Shown here: piece after piece, positions 15,095 through 24,037 of the stretch
Numbering within the stretch: position 1 is the first letter of the stretch
Layout: each line of letters starts with the position of its first letter
Origin: Candidatus Saccharimonadota bacterium
GTDB taxonomy: Bacteria; Patescibacteriota; Saccharimonadia; Saccharimonadales; Saccharimonadaceae
Direction of reading: 5' to 3'
Length of the DNA stretch: 32,000 nt
NCBI GenBank assembly: GCA_016700015.1
Contig: CP064995.1
Span: 450,001-482,000, forward strand
Position numbers and translations under genes: made by a program
Notes under the pieces: model-generated
Database searches by the model: none
What the model was told of the DNA's origin: nothing
What the model saw: the letters and a program-made list of their open reading frames with translations, nothing else

Positions 15095-15280
15095 TTATTG
15101 TGATCCAAGCACAGCGATAATCGCCATCAATACTAATATAGTGCCAGCAAGCGCCGACACGGCGACCGTCATACGATTGGGATAGTAGTCAACCTTTACC
15201 GAAGAGGGAGACTTTTTTTTAGTAACGACATTTTTGCGAGACTTTTGCTTTGCGGACGGTAGCTTTTTTTGATTAACCAT
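15095..15280 (-). CDS. Small Lys-rich protein with a single C-terminal TM segment
   Basis: MVNQKKLPSAKQKSRKNVVTKKKSPSS...MTVAVSALAGTILVLMAIIAVLGSQ. Minus-strand TATACT (15287-15292) lies 6 nt upstream of ATG 15280. The track start 15307 is less likely. Confidence 0.45.
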   Translation of the reverse strand: MVNQKKLPSAKQKSRKNVVTKKKSPSSVKVDYYPNRMTVAVSALAGTILVLMAIIAVLGSQ

Positions 15281-15335
15281 AAGCATAGTATACGAGTGGC
15301 AGCCCAAAGACGCAAGCGATGCTATAATACTACTA

Positions 15336-17885
15336 ATGGTTTACTACACGCAGACAGTCGACGAGACACTTCATGGTCTTGATAGTAATATTGCAGGCTT
15401 GTCCGCAATTGAAGCGGAAGAGCGACTGGCACACTACGGCCCCAATAGCATTCGTGTGCGAAGTGAGCCATGGTGGGTGAAGGCCATCGAGCCGTTTCGT
15501 TCGGTCTTTATGGCAGTGCTTGTTGTTGCCATTGTCATCAGCCTACTTCACCACGCTATTGTCGACGCAATCATCATTGGGCTTATCATCACGGTGAGTG
15601 CTGGGATTTATTATGTCCAACGCTTTTCAACCGAGCGAGTGCTACGCTCACTACAAAAACATCGTGCTATTTATGTCAGTGTGCGCCGCAAATCCGAAAC
15701 ACGCCTGCTTGAAGCCTCAGCATTAGTACCGGGCGATATTATATATCTGGAAGAGGGAGACAAAGTCCCGGCCGATGCACGACTCATGGAGGTTGCGTCG
15801 CTGCGTGTCGATGAGTCGCAACTTACAGGGGAGTCACTTCCGATTAGCAAAGAAACCGTCGCTCTTCACGGCGAAAAAGAGGTGTACGAGCAATCGAATA
15901 TGATATTCCAGGGCTCATTCGTTGTCGGCGGGTCGGCGACAGCCATCGTGACGACCACAGGAAATGACACCGAATTCGGAAAAATCGCCGATCTTTCAAG
16001 CGAGGTAGGTGTCGATAGCCCGGTGCGCAAGAAGATAGATGGGCTTATCACAAAACTAATTGGCATCGTTGCTGCTGTTGCTATTGTTGCATTCGCTCTT
16101 TCACTTTACAGGGGCATTGAAGTCACCGAAGCACTGCGCTTTGTGATAGCACTGAGTGTGAGCGCTGTGCCGGAAGGTCTGCCGATTGCTATCACGGTAA
16201 TTCTCGTTCTTGGTATGCGTCGAATGGCCGCTAGACGAGCGCTCGTACGCACCATGGGCGCTATCGAATCGATCGGTACCATCACGACTATCGCCACCGA
16301 CAAAACCGGCACTCTCACAAAAAATAAACTAACTGTACGGGAGTTGTGGCATCCAAGCGGAAGTCATGACAGAGTCGCTAGAACTCTAGCAGCTGCAACA
16401 ATACCTCCGCGTCATAGCACAACCGTTCACGATCCACTCGACATAGCCTTTCAAGAGTACATTGCAGCTCATCACGAAAACGCTAGCCCTACACCCAATC
16501 ACGTCTACGAGTTTGAGCACGAACTATCGATGAGCGGTACACTCCATCATCATGGCTCAGCCTACATGCTTTCGGTAAAAGGCGCACCTGAACGAATTCT
16601 CGAAAAGAGTGATTTGACCGAAAACGAGCGAGAGAAGGCCATCATACAGCTCCATCATATGACAGGCATGGGCTACCGTGTGCTTGCCCTTGCGCACACC
16701 CAACTAAGTCATAATCTCTCATCGCTACATAGCCTCCCTAATAAGCACCGCCTGACATTCGATGGTTTTGTAGCTGTAGCTGATGTGCTACGTCCAGAAG
16801 CGCGCACGGCCATCGCTACCGCCCAGCGAGCCGGTATTACTATCCGTATGATTACGGGCGACCATTTTGAAACAGCCTTTCATATTGCTAAACAACTCGG
16901 ACTAATTTCAGGGAGAGATCAAGTATTCGACAGCCGCCGCATGTCACATATGTCTGACGACGAGCTTTCATTAGAGCTCGATAATGTGCGCGTATTCTCG
17001 CGAGTGGCGCCAGAGCACAAACACCGTATACTAGCAATTCTAAAGCGCGATAACATCACCGCTATGACTGGTGATGGTGTTAATGACGTACCGGCACTGA
17101 CAAACGCGCACGTGGGAATCGCAATGGGTTCTGGCGCACAAATCGCAAAAGACGCAGGGGATATTATCTTGCTCGATAACAACTTTCGCTCAATCATCAC
17201 TGCCGTACGTGAAGGAAGAATAGTCTATGCTAATATCAAGCGAATGGTCGTGTACTTGTTGGCGACAAGCCTTGGTGAAGTTGTTGTTTCTATCGGTTCG
17301 CTCTTGATCGGTTTACCGCTTCCCCTAGCACCAGTCCAAATTCTCTGGATAAACCTCGTCACCGACACCTGCATGGTAATTCCTCTTGGACTAGAGCCTG
17401 GTGAGCGTCATACTATGACGTCGCCACCTCGTCCAGCCGCCGCTCCGCTCCTCACTCGGTTTATGATCGGGAGAATTCTGGTAGCTGCTGGTATTATGGC
17501 GATACTAACACTTTATCTTTATAGTACCTACGCCGCCAACCAGGGGCATGACTACGCCCGAACAATTGCCTTTAGTGCACTCGTCACAATGCAGTGGGCA
17601 AACGCTTTTGTGGCCCGTAGCGACCGCGAACCACTATGGCAGCGCCTCGCAAAGCCAAATCCAGCATTCTACGTTGGTCTGATCGCTGCCGTATCGATGC
17701 AAACAATCGCAGTGTTTGGTCCACTCAGCAGCCTACTGCACGTTACCACTATCGCTCTTGGCGACCTCGCTTACGTGTCACTGGTCTCTTTTATCATCCC
17801 AATCATCGTACTCGAAATGTATAAATGGCTCGGAAGGCAATACGCTCATAAAGCCGCTTCCAGCACCATCAACTACGATCGATGA
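15336..17885 (+). CDS. Cation-transporting P-type ATPase (type II, Ca2+/Mg2+-like)
   Basis: LTGES, VPEGLP, DKTGTLT, MITGD and TGDGVNDVPAL motifs; 849 aa. Confidence 0.9.
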   Translation: MVYYTQTVDETLHGLDSNIAGLSAIEAEERLAHYGPNSIRVRSEPWWVKAIEPFRSVFMAVLVVAIVISLLHHAIVDAIIIGLIITVSAGIYYVQRFSTERVLRSLQKHRAIYVSVRRKSETRLLEASALVPGDIIYLEEGDKVPADARLMEVASLRVDESQLTGESLPISKETVALHGEKEVYEQSNMIFQGSFVVGGSATAIVTTTGNDTEFGKIADLSSEVGVDSPVRKKIDGLITKLIGIVAAVAIVAFALSLYRGIEVTEALRFVIALSVSAVPEGLPIAITVILVLGMRRMAARRALVRTMGAIESIGTITTIATDKTGTLTKNKLTVRELWHPSGSHDRVARTLAAATIPPRHSTTVHDPLDIAFQEYIAAHHENASPTPNHVYEFEHELSMSGTLHHHGSAYMLSVKGAPERILEKSDLTENEREKAIIQLHHMTGMGYRVLALAHTQLSHNLSSLHSLPNKHRLTFDGFVAVADVLRPEARTAIATAQRAGITIRMITGDHFETAFHIAKQLGLISGRDQVFDSRRMSHMSDDELSLELDNVRVFSRVAPEHKHRILAILKRDNITAMTGDGVNDVPALTNAHVGIAMGSGAQIAKDAGDIILLDNNFRSIITAVREGRIVYANIKRMVVYLLATSLGEVVVSIGSLLIGLPLPLAPVQILWINLVTDTCMVIPLGLEPGERHTMTSPPRPAAAPLLTRFMIGRILVAAGIMAILTLYLYSTYAANQGHDYARTIAFSALVTMQWANAFVARSDREPLWQRLAKPNPAFYVGLIAAVSMQTIAVFGPLSSLLHVTTIALGDLAYVSLVSFIIPIIVLEMYKWLGRQYAHKAASSTINYDR

Positions 17886-19927
17886 GTACGCTGGTAGTCA
17901 TGGAGCAATACAATATCAGACATGTCCTTACGCCGACCTAGGTGTTTTTTTATTTCAACCAATGCCTCGACCGACATACATCGCACCCCATCAATCATCT
18001 GGGCATCGCTCGACAATTTTTTGAATGACTTTCCCATCCATGTATGCATTAAATTATAGCCATCACGAGACAAAATCCGTTTGCCATTATCTTGTGTGTA
18101 TTGCTGCCAACGCTTTTCATCTCGAAACTTCGCATATGTGTCATCGCTCACTACAAGATCTATGTCAGATGTATTGCGGAGGTGAAGCGCATCAAGCACT
18201 GCTCCTCCAATGACAACATAGCTATCTGGGGGAAGATTGAGTGCCTTTACTCGCTCTATCACCGAGTGACGATGATGAGTGTGCCCAGTAATAGCAGCGT
18301 TTAGAGTTGAGAAGAGATTCTCCTCCCCAACAAGATCGGTCATGCCATAGTCATCAAACTGCTCATAAAGATTGGGCGAAACGTGGGCGAAGCCTAGTTT
18401 AATACCATCAGCGCCAAATTGACGATAAAGTTGTTTGATTTGTTCAACTGCGGTGTAGTCAATGCTGTCGATCGCCCCCGCGTCAACTACGACATAGTGT
18501 ACAGGCTCCTTGGCTTCATCAACAGCGCGGCGAAGCTGCGAACAAAAATACATTACATTTTCAAAGAATAACGAGTTTTCGAAACTATACACTAATAGTC
18601 CGCGCGGGTGATTATCTTCATGATCATGGTTAGTAATTCTCTGCTGAGCCCAGCTAGAAAGTCTACCGTCACGCAGCAAAATCTCGTCACGCGGGCGGTA
18701 CTGGCGGCTTAAACGTTCCATCAGCGATACAATCACAGCTATCAATATACCCTGTAATACTCCGAATAATGCCGTCACCACAAGGGCGATCATAGCCACA
18801 AAGAATTCAATTCTATGCATTGTCCAAATATAGCGCAGCTCCTGAAGTCGAATAAGCCGCAGCCCAATCATACACACCACTGCCGATAATGCAGCTTGCG
18901 GAACATAGCCAAATAAGTCACCGCCAAATAGTAGCACTGCACCGACAAGTACACCCATCAGTATGTTAACAAGCTGCGTGTGCCCTCCAGCCAGGTCGCT
19001 CGCAATACTTCTAGGTGGGCTGCCATTAATAGCAAAGCCGTGACTCATCGCCGAAGCAAGATTGGCTGAGCCGAGCGCAAACAAGTCTTGATTGAGTCGC
19101 AACCTGTCATCATGTTCGGCCGCCAAACTACGGATCACTGCCGAACTCTGCGCCAGTACTACTAGGGCAATCGACAGTGCAGCGGGAAGTAGCGAAACAA
19201 CTGTCCCGATATTCAGCTCGGGTATTCCAAGAGCGGGCAGGCCGCGGGGAAGTGCGCCGACAAGCTTCACGCCATAATCGGCAATATGAAATCCCCATGC
19301 AAACACGCCGGCTAACAACAACCCGCCTAGTTCTCCCGGAATCTTGGTTGCGCGCGTCAGTACAATAATGCCAACCACGAGTATCGATACGGTTACTGTC
19401 ATGCCGTTCATCGAGCCTAGATTACTAAAAACCGCACTAACATGTGCCCATAGATCACCCTTAGCACTAATTCCGAGCATTTCTGGCAGTTTGGTGACGA
19501 TAAGCTGAACACCGACTCCTGCCAAAAATCCGACCATCACAGGGCGAGATATAAGATCGGCGAGAAACCCTAGCTTGAAGGCGGCCATCATGAAAAGCAG
19601 CACTGCAGTCAAAATACTGATGAGCGTCACAGCACCCGCATACTCTGCCGTTCCCGATTGCGCCACTAGCACGGCACCTCCGGCAATCAAGGCAGCTGTC
19701 GCCGAATCAGCACCAACCACCAGGCGGCGCGTGCTGGCGAGCAGCCCAAATACAATCGGCGCAAAAAGCGCACTATAAAGACCGGTGACTGCCGGTAAAC
19801 CTACGATTACCGCGAACCCAAGTGATTCAGGAATAGCAATTGCCGTTACCAGCAGCGCCGCGATGATGTCTGATTTAAGATATTTCTTTTTGTAACTAAA
19901 AATACTAGGGGTTAGGCTAAGCCGCAT
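17873..19927 (-). CDS. SulP-family anion transporter with a STAS domain and an extra C-terminal nucleotidyltransferase-like domain
   Basis: N-terminal DIIAALLVTAIAIPESLGFAVIVGLP SulP signature region. STAS-like segment LLVYSFENSLFFENV...VVVDAGAIDSIDYTAVEQI. About 139 further residues follow, containing VIGGAVLDALHLRNTSDIDLVV. Confidence 0.85.
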   Translation of the reverse strand: MRLSLTPSIFSYKKKYLKSDIIAALLVTAIAIPESLGFAVIVGLPAVTGLYSALFAPIVFGLLASTRRLVVGADSATAALIAGGAVLVAQSGTAEYAGAVTLISILTAVLLFMMAAFKLGFLADLISRPVMVGFLAGVGVQLIVTKLPEMLGISAKGDLWAHVSAVFSNLGSMNGMTVTVSILVVGIIVLTRATKIPGELGGLLLAGVFAWGFHIADYGVKLVGALPRGLPALGIPELNIGTVVSLLPAALSIALVVLAQSSAVIRSLAAEHDDRLRLNQDLFALGSANLASAMSHGFAINGSPPRSIASDLAGGHTQLVNILMGVLVGAVLLFGGDLFGYVPQAALSAVVCMIGLRLIRLQELRYIWTMHRIEFFVAMIALVVTALFGVLQGILIAVIVSLMERLSRQYRPRDEILLRDGRLSSWAQQRITNHDHEDNHPRGLLVYSFENSLFFENVMYFCSQLRRAVDEAKEPVHYVVVDAGAIDSIDYTAVEQIKQLYRQFGADGIKLGFAHVSPNLYEQFDDYGMTDLVGEENLFSTLNAAITGHTHHRHSVIERVKALNLPPDSYVVIGGAVLDALHLRNTSDIDLVVSDDTYAKFRDEKRWQQYTQDNGKRILSRDGYNLMHTWMGKSFKKLSSDAQMIDGVRCMSVEALVEIKKHLGRRKDMSDIVLLHDYQRTHRS

Positions 19928-19958
19928 ATGCCTATAGTAGTGCGCCAGAGAAGGGCTG

Positions 19959-21452
19959 TCAATCTACCACACCGTACGAGCGCACGTAGTCAATAACTTT
20001 TTGAGCAGTAATCGGTCGACCAAATGCGGCTACCAGTCCACGAATGTCCTCCCCGGCTCGCTCGCCAAGCGTCACAATACTCGGTTCCTTCACCCCAGTG
20101 CTAAGGTCACGCTGCGGCATACCAGCACTTGCAAACAGACCGTTACACAAACAGGCGGCTTCACCGATTTTTTTCCGTGCAAATGGCCCGCGAAAACGAT
20201 TTGACATTTTGCCTATATCATCGGCAGGGCAACGCCAGTCAAGTTCATCATCTGGCGTCGCATAGGGGGTACGCAACACGCTAATATCGCAGACTCGCTC
20301 ACGACCTTTGTATACTTCTGGATCAGATAGTGTCCCTTCGACTTCAGCAACTTCAAACGGATAGCCCGTCGGCGAAACACCTTTATCACTGCGCACTTGC
20401 AGCCGACCAAGCAGGGCACTCATGACAACTTTACCGCGCTCAAGTGACGAGAGCCCGGACTCTTGACTCGCCGCAAATAAACTACCAATCTGCACACCAG
20501 CGCCGTCAAGCTGTGCGACATTCCCATACTCACTGGCGGCACCGCCAGCCATAATGACCGGCACACCCAGCTGCAAAAAGTCTTCGTAGGGGTCTTCCGG
20601 TATACTGTCAGGCATGTTGTGGCCACCGGCAATACGACGTTCATACACAATTGCTGCCGCGCCGTTGTCAACATAATGCTGTGCACCGGCAACCGTGCCG
20701 GCAATTGCCCAGAATTCTGGCTTTGACGCCGGTGAACCACCATAAGGAGCAGGATCAAAACCTATGGTTGCTTGCTGCCAGCGACTGCCCTCGGGGGCAT
20801 AATCAACCGCAATGGGGTAATCAACCCGATTACCCGCATACAGCGTGTCAATGACGGCGGGGATATCGGCTTTGACGCCCGCACCACGCGCCGTATAGTC
20901 AGCCCCACCGAGCATCGCACCATAGAGTGCTGCAGGCATCGGCAGGGGAATTTTGCCGAGGCCATTCATACCAATAAACCCATTACCCTGGGCTAGTCGC
21001 CGGGCTGTCACCACCTGTTCAAATGCATCGAGCACTGTGAGCATTTCGACAAGCGGCACACCAGCGGCAAGGTCGATGCGATTTTCAAGCACATATTTTG
21101 GCACTGGCCGATAGTGCTTGCCAAGTTTCCCTCGTACTCTTTCTAACCTGCCAGCTTCGCGGTAAAACTTGTCAAACGCATAACTGACCATTGCCTGATT
21201 GGGGAATGACGCCAGCGAAGTGCGCACGTGACCACCAAGGTCGCCGTCTTGCAGCACGCGGGCAATCCGGGTTGCACCGCCCGTTTCTGACAGAGTAGCA
21301 AACTCGCCCGCCTTAGCGACAGCACCCGCCAGGTATTTACTGGAAATATCAACCCCCATACCACCGAGGACGATAATCGGTCGTCTTAAACCTTCCGCAC
21401 GCTCGCGTCGATTACGTTCCTGTGTGATGATTGATTCGCCTGTTGCTGCCAT
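19959..21452 (-). CDS. Nitronate monooxygenase / 2-nitropropane dioxygenase family FMN oxidoreductase (long form)
   Basis: PIIVLGGMGVDIS N-terminal motif, IAGGHN and VPVIMAGGAAS, typical of NMO/FabK-like TIM-barrel flavoproteins. A Cys-containing C-terminal extension is present. Confidence 0.7.
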   Translation of the reverse strand: MAATGESIITQERNRRERAEGLRRPIIVLGGMGVDISSKYLAGAVAKAGEFATLSETGGATRIARVLQDGDLGGHVRTSLASFPNQAMVSYAFDKFYREAGRLERVRGKLGKHYRPVPKYVLENRIDLAAGVPLVEMLTVLDAFEQVVTARRLAQGNGFIGMNGLGKIPLPMPAALYGAMLGGADYTARGAGVKADIPAVIDTLYAGNRVDYPIAVDYAPEGSRWQQATIGFDPAPYGGSPASKPEFWAIAGTVAGAQHYVDNGAAAIVYERRIAGGHNMPDSIPEDPYEDFLQLGVPVIMAGGAASEYGNVAQLDGAGVQIGSLFAASQESGLSSLERGKVVMSALLGRLQVRSDKGVSPTGYPFEVAEVEGTLSDPEVYKGRERVCDISVLRTPYATPDDELDWRCPADDIGKMSNRFRGPFARKKIGEAACLCNGLFASAGMPQRDLSTGVKEPSIVTLGERAGEDIRGLVAAFGRPITAQKVIDYVRSYGVVD

Positions 21453-21511
21453 AGTGTCTCCGCCGATTTAGTAGTAATGTCCATTGTAGCGTTTTATACC
21501 AAGAAGACAAA

Positions 21512-22327
21512 TTAGCTGCGGCGGGTGCGAAGATAGTTTAAACAATCGATCATAATGAAACTTATAATCATAAGTAACAGCCACGCGCCAAGTTTATCGA
21601 AGCTGACAATATGCCAAATCTGTGACTGGCTAGGATAGAGCCATGTGTGAGTATAGGTGCCAATATTTTCTGCGATCCATATAAAAAATGCGATAAGCAG
21701 GAAACCGATAAGTATCGGCATGCTATGTTCACGAAGATTCAGCGTGTAGTAAACGCGGGTGCGCCAAAACAATACACCGATTGCCGCAAAGAGGAGTATT
21801 CTCACGTCGGGCAAATAGTGATGACTAAAGAAGTTGCCATAAATCACTATTCCCAGCAAGATCGTCCAAACCCGGGGCGGGTAGTGAGTAAAGCGCAGTG
21901 ATAGTACGCGCCACGCCCGCGCTATATAGCTACCAACAGCCGCATACATAAATCCACTAAATAACGGCACGGTACCAAGTCGTATCGTGTTTTCTTCAGG
22001 GTAAGACCATGATCCGATACCACTACTTGTCTTGAACAGCTCCATCGCAAGTCCCACAAGATGAAAAATTAGTATTGTCACCACTTCACGCGGCTGTTCA
22101 AGCCGGAATAGCAACATGCTAGCCTGAATGAGGAGGGCGATGACGAACAGCCAATCATAGCGAGCAAGGTAGGGGAGCTCGACATAATTCGTGACGATAA
22201 TAGCACTAAGAAGCAGCCCGCCAAACAGTGCCGCCCACGCCTGGCGAATGATAAAGGTCAGCAAAACCCCGCCAGGAAGCTGGCGAACATAAGCGATGAA
22301 TTGTTGCTTACGGCTAATCGTCGTCAT
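21512..22327 (-). CDS. DUF817-like integral membrane protein
   Basis: GSWSYPE and VPLFSGFMYAAVGSYIARAW motifs as remembered for DUF817. The start is set at MTTISRKQQF (22327), which avoids a long overlap with the upstream small gene. The track start is 22393. Confidence 0.6.
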   Translation of the reverse strand: MTTISRKQQFIAYVRQLPGGVLLTFIIRQAWAALFGGLLLSAIIVTNYVELPYLARYDWLFVIALLIQASMLLFRLEQPREVVTILIFHLVGLAMELFKTSSGIGSWSYPEENTIRLGTVPLFSGFMYAAVGSYIARAWRVLSLRFTHYPPRVWTILLGIVIYGNFFSHHYLPDVRILLFAAIGVLFWRTRVYYTLNLREHSMPILIGFLLIAFFIWIAENIGTYTHTWLYPSQSQIWHIVSFDKLGAWLLLMIISFIMIDCLNYLRTRRS

Positions 22328-22529
22328 CAACGTCAAAGTCAAAGAGCGCGAACCCGTACGCAACCGCCGTCGCAACAAGCAGGTAGAACCCAACCCTTTC
22401 GGTAATAAGTCCCGTCATCACCAACACCGCTGCCACGAGCGCAAGCGCCAGTCCTGACCATATCATCACTGTGCGCAGTACGTTACCGGTTTTCTGGACT
22501 GCTTGCTCGTGTACTCGTCTTTTTGGCAT
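22314..22529 (-). CDS. Small two-TM membrane protein with an acidic C-terminal tail (FDFDVDDDD)
   Basis: Minus-strand AAGGAGAGG lies 3 nt upstream of ATG 22529. A TTGCAA-17-TATGCT promoter-like pair lies upstream. It overlaps the DUF817-like start by 14 nt. Confidence 0.5.
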   Translation of the reverse strand: MPKRRVHEQAVQKTGNVLRTVMIWSGLALALVAAVLVMTGLITERVGFYLLVATAVAYGFALFDFDVDDDD

Positions 22530-22648
22530 ATACCTCTCCTTACGCTATATAGTGCTAGCATATGTCATCTGCTTGCCTGTTGCAAGCAGCGCACGCAACA
22601 CTCCAATCGACTATGTGATATGATATACTATCGTATGTCACCACCTAA

Positions 22649-22722
22649 TGGGGTGTCGTCTAGAGGTAGGACAACGGGTTTTGGTCCCGTCAGCGGGGGT
22701 TCGAGTCCCTCCACCCCAGCCA
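22649..22722 (+). tRNA. tRNA-Gln (anticodon UUG), CCA encoded
   Basis: 74-nt cloverleaf folded by hand. Acceptor TGGGGTG/CACCCCA, D stem GTC/GAC, anticodon stem ACGGG/CCCGT with loop TTTTGGT, T arm GGGGG-TTCGAGT-CCCTC, discriminator G plus CCA. The ends resemble E. coli tRNA-Gln. Confidence 0.9.
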
Positions 22723-22723
22723 T

Positions 22724-22765
22724 GAAAATTCTCGGAGATGCAATGCTCCGAGAATTTTCTTTAAT
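22724..22765 (+). terminator. Intrinsic terminator after tRNA-Gln
   Basis: Perfect 14-bp stem GAAAATTCTCGGAG (22724-22737) / CTCCGAGAATTTTC (22746-22759), followed by TTTAAT. Confidence 0.75.
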
Positions 22766-22884
22766 CGGAACAAAGCCGAAAAAGTGATAGGGCTTAGGCA
22801 GGCGAGAGGCAACCACCTAAGACTGTCTACACTGCGTATTACTCTACACATACACCAACAAGTCGAGCATGCTATACTAGCCCT

Positions 22885-23463
22885 ATGACAAAACGCTTAC
22901 GTGGTTTTACCCTTGCTGAGCTGGCTATCGTTATTGTTGTGATTGGAATTTTAGCAGCAATCGTCGTCGTGAATTATAGCGGTGCCCAAGATCGAGCTAA
23001 AAATGCTCAGACACTGAACGCAGTCGACCAATGGCTAAAAGCGCTCGAAATGTATCGAGCACGCAATGGCGCATTCCCTAATATATCGAGTTGCCTTGGT
23101 GCTAATTATGGATACAATATTGACGGCACAGGAGCATCGGGCATTGGTCAGTGTCGTCAGGACAACGTCACGACAGGCGTTGTTGATAACGCAGCGTTTG
23201 ATAGCTTGCTATCGAAGTATTTATCTGGAAACCCAACACCCGCGATGATAACTACCATTGTGACTAACCCGACGTACTGGTATCGGGGTGCTTATTATTA
23301 TGTGACCGGTGGTAATTCACGAATCGACTTTACGCTTACCGCAGCAGCCGGGAGTTGCCCAGCAAAAATTGGCGGTGATATAGCACTGTCAAATGGAGGC
23401 TATACCGGAACAAATGGTAACCTACTCTGTGCCTATATCATTGGTCCGACCACAGGCTACTAG
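22885..23463 (+). CDS. Type IV pilin-like protein (prepilin N-terminal cleavage/methylation domain)
   Basis: MTKRLRG/FTLAELAIVIVVIGILAAIVVV with G-1, F+1 and E+5. Four Cys in the globular part. Confidence 0.85.
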   Translation: MTKRLRGFTLAELAIVIVVIGILAAIVVVNYSGAQDRAKNAQTLNAVDQWLKALEMYRARNGAFPNISSCLGANYGYNIDGTGASGIGQCRQDNVTTGVVDNAAFDSLLSKYLSGNPTPAMITTIVTNPTYWYRGAYYYVTGGNSRIDFTLTAAAGSCPAKIGGDIALSNGGYTGTNGNLLCAYIIGPTTGY

Positions 23464-24028
23464 TGTTTGGTAAATAATCCGCCTAGCAGGTCGTCGACAA
23501 CATTGCCATCGCCGTTTTTGTCGAGCATCGCCGTCGCGATCGACATTAGCGGATTGCCATTTTTCGCTGTTTGGTTTTTCAAAAGATCCGATACGCCACC
23601 GGCATCGAGCCCTGCCGTCGTTTTCTTCTTAGCAAGAGCTGCCATAATAAGCGGTGCGGCAAACGAAAGGATGTTAGCGACTGTCGCCGCGTCGATACCG
23701 GTTTTTTGCGCCACCGTTTCAGCCGCGACCGACGTTTTGTCACCAAATACATGACCTAAAATATTGCCGCCATCTGGATTGCTGCTACCGCCACCAAAAA
23801 GACTCTCGATACTTTCAAGCAGGGAGCCGCTATGATCTTTTGTAAGAGCAGTATCGAGCGATGCTGCCCCATCTGGCGTCGAGCTATTGTGAGCCATTTG
23901 GCCAATAATGACCGGTAGACCTATGCTGATAACTTTTTCAACTGTGATTGATCCGTACCGGTCGACGTGCCGATCTTACCGGCGACATCACCTTTGACTA
24001 TACTGGTCACGAGTGATTGTAGGTCCAT
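23460..24028 (-). pseudogene. DUF937-like protein gene interrupted by a frameshift in a homopolymer
   Basis: AAGGAG SD and ATG 24028 open a 35-codon frame ending at TAG 23921-23923. The rest (track ORF 23460-23897 plus upstream VISIGLPVIIGQ) lies in another frame. Adding one A to the minus-strand A5 run (plus T5 at 23934-23938) restores a single ORF. Confidence 0.6.
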
Positions 24029-24037
24029 AGCATCTCC

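Noticed and set aside
17873-17885. 13-nt convergent overlap of the P-type ATPase and SulP gene ends.
   Set aside because: Short 3'-end overlaps are common in compact genomes. No hairpin or other signal specific to this overlap was seen.
19959-21452. NMO-family gene looked GC-rich (hand counts 34-36 of 60 per line), suggesting a further horizontally acquired gene.
   Set aside because: A hand count in xfp (25021-25080) gives a similar 35/60, so this level falls within native coding variation. There is no compositional boundary at the gene ends.
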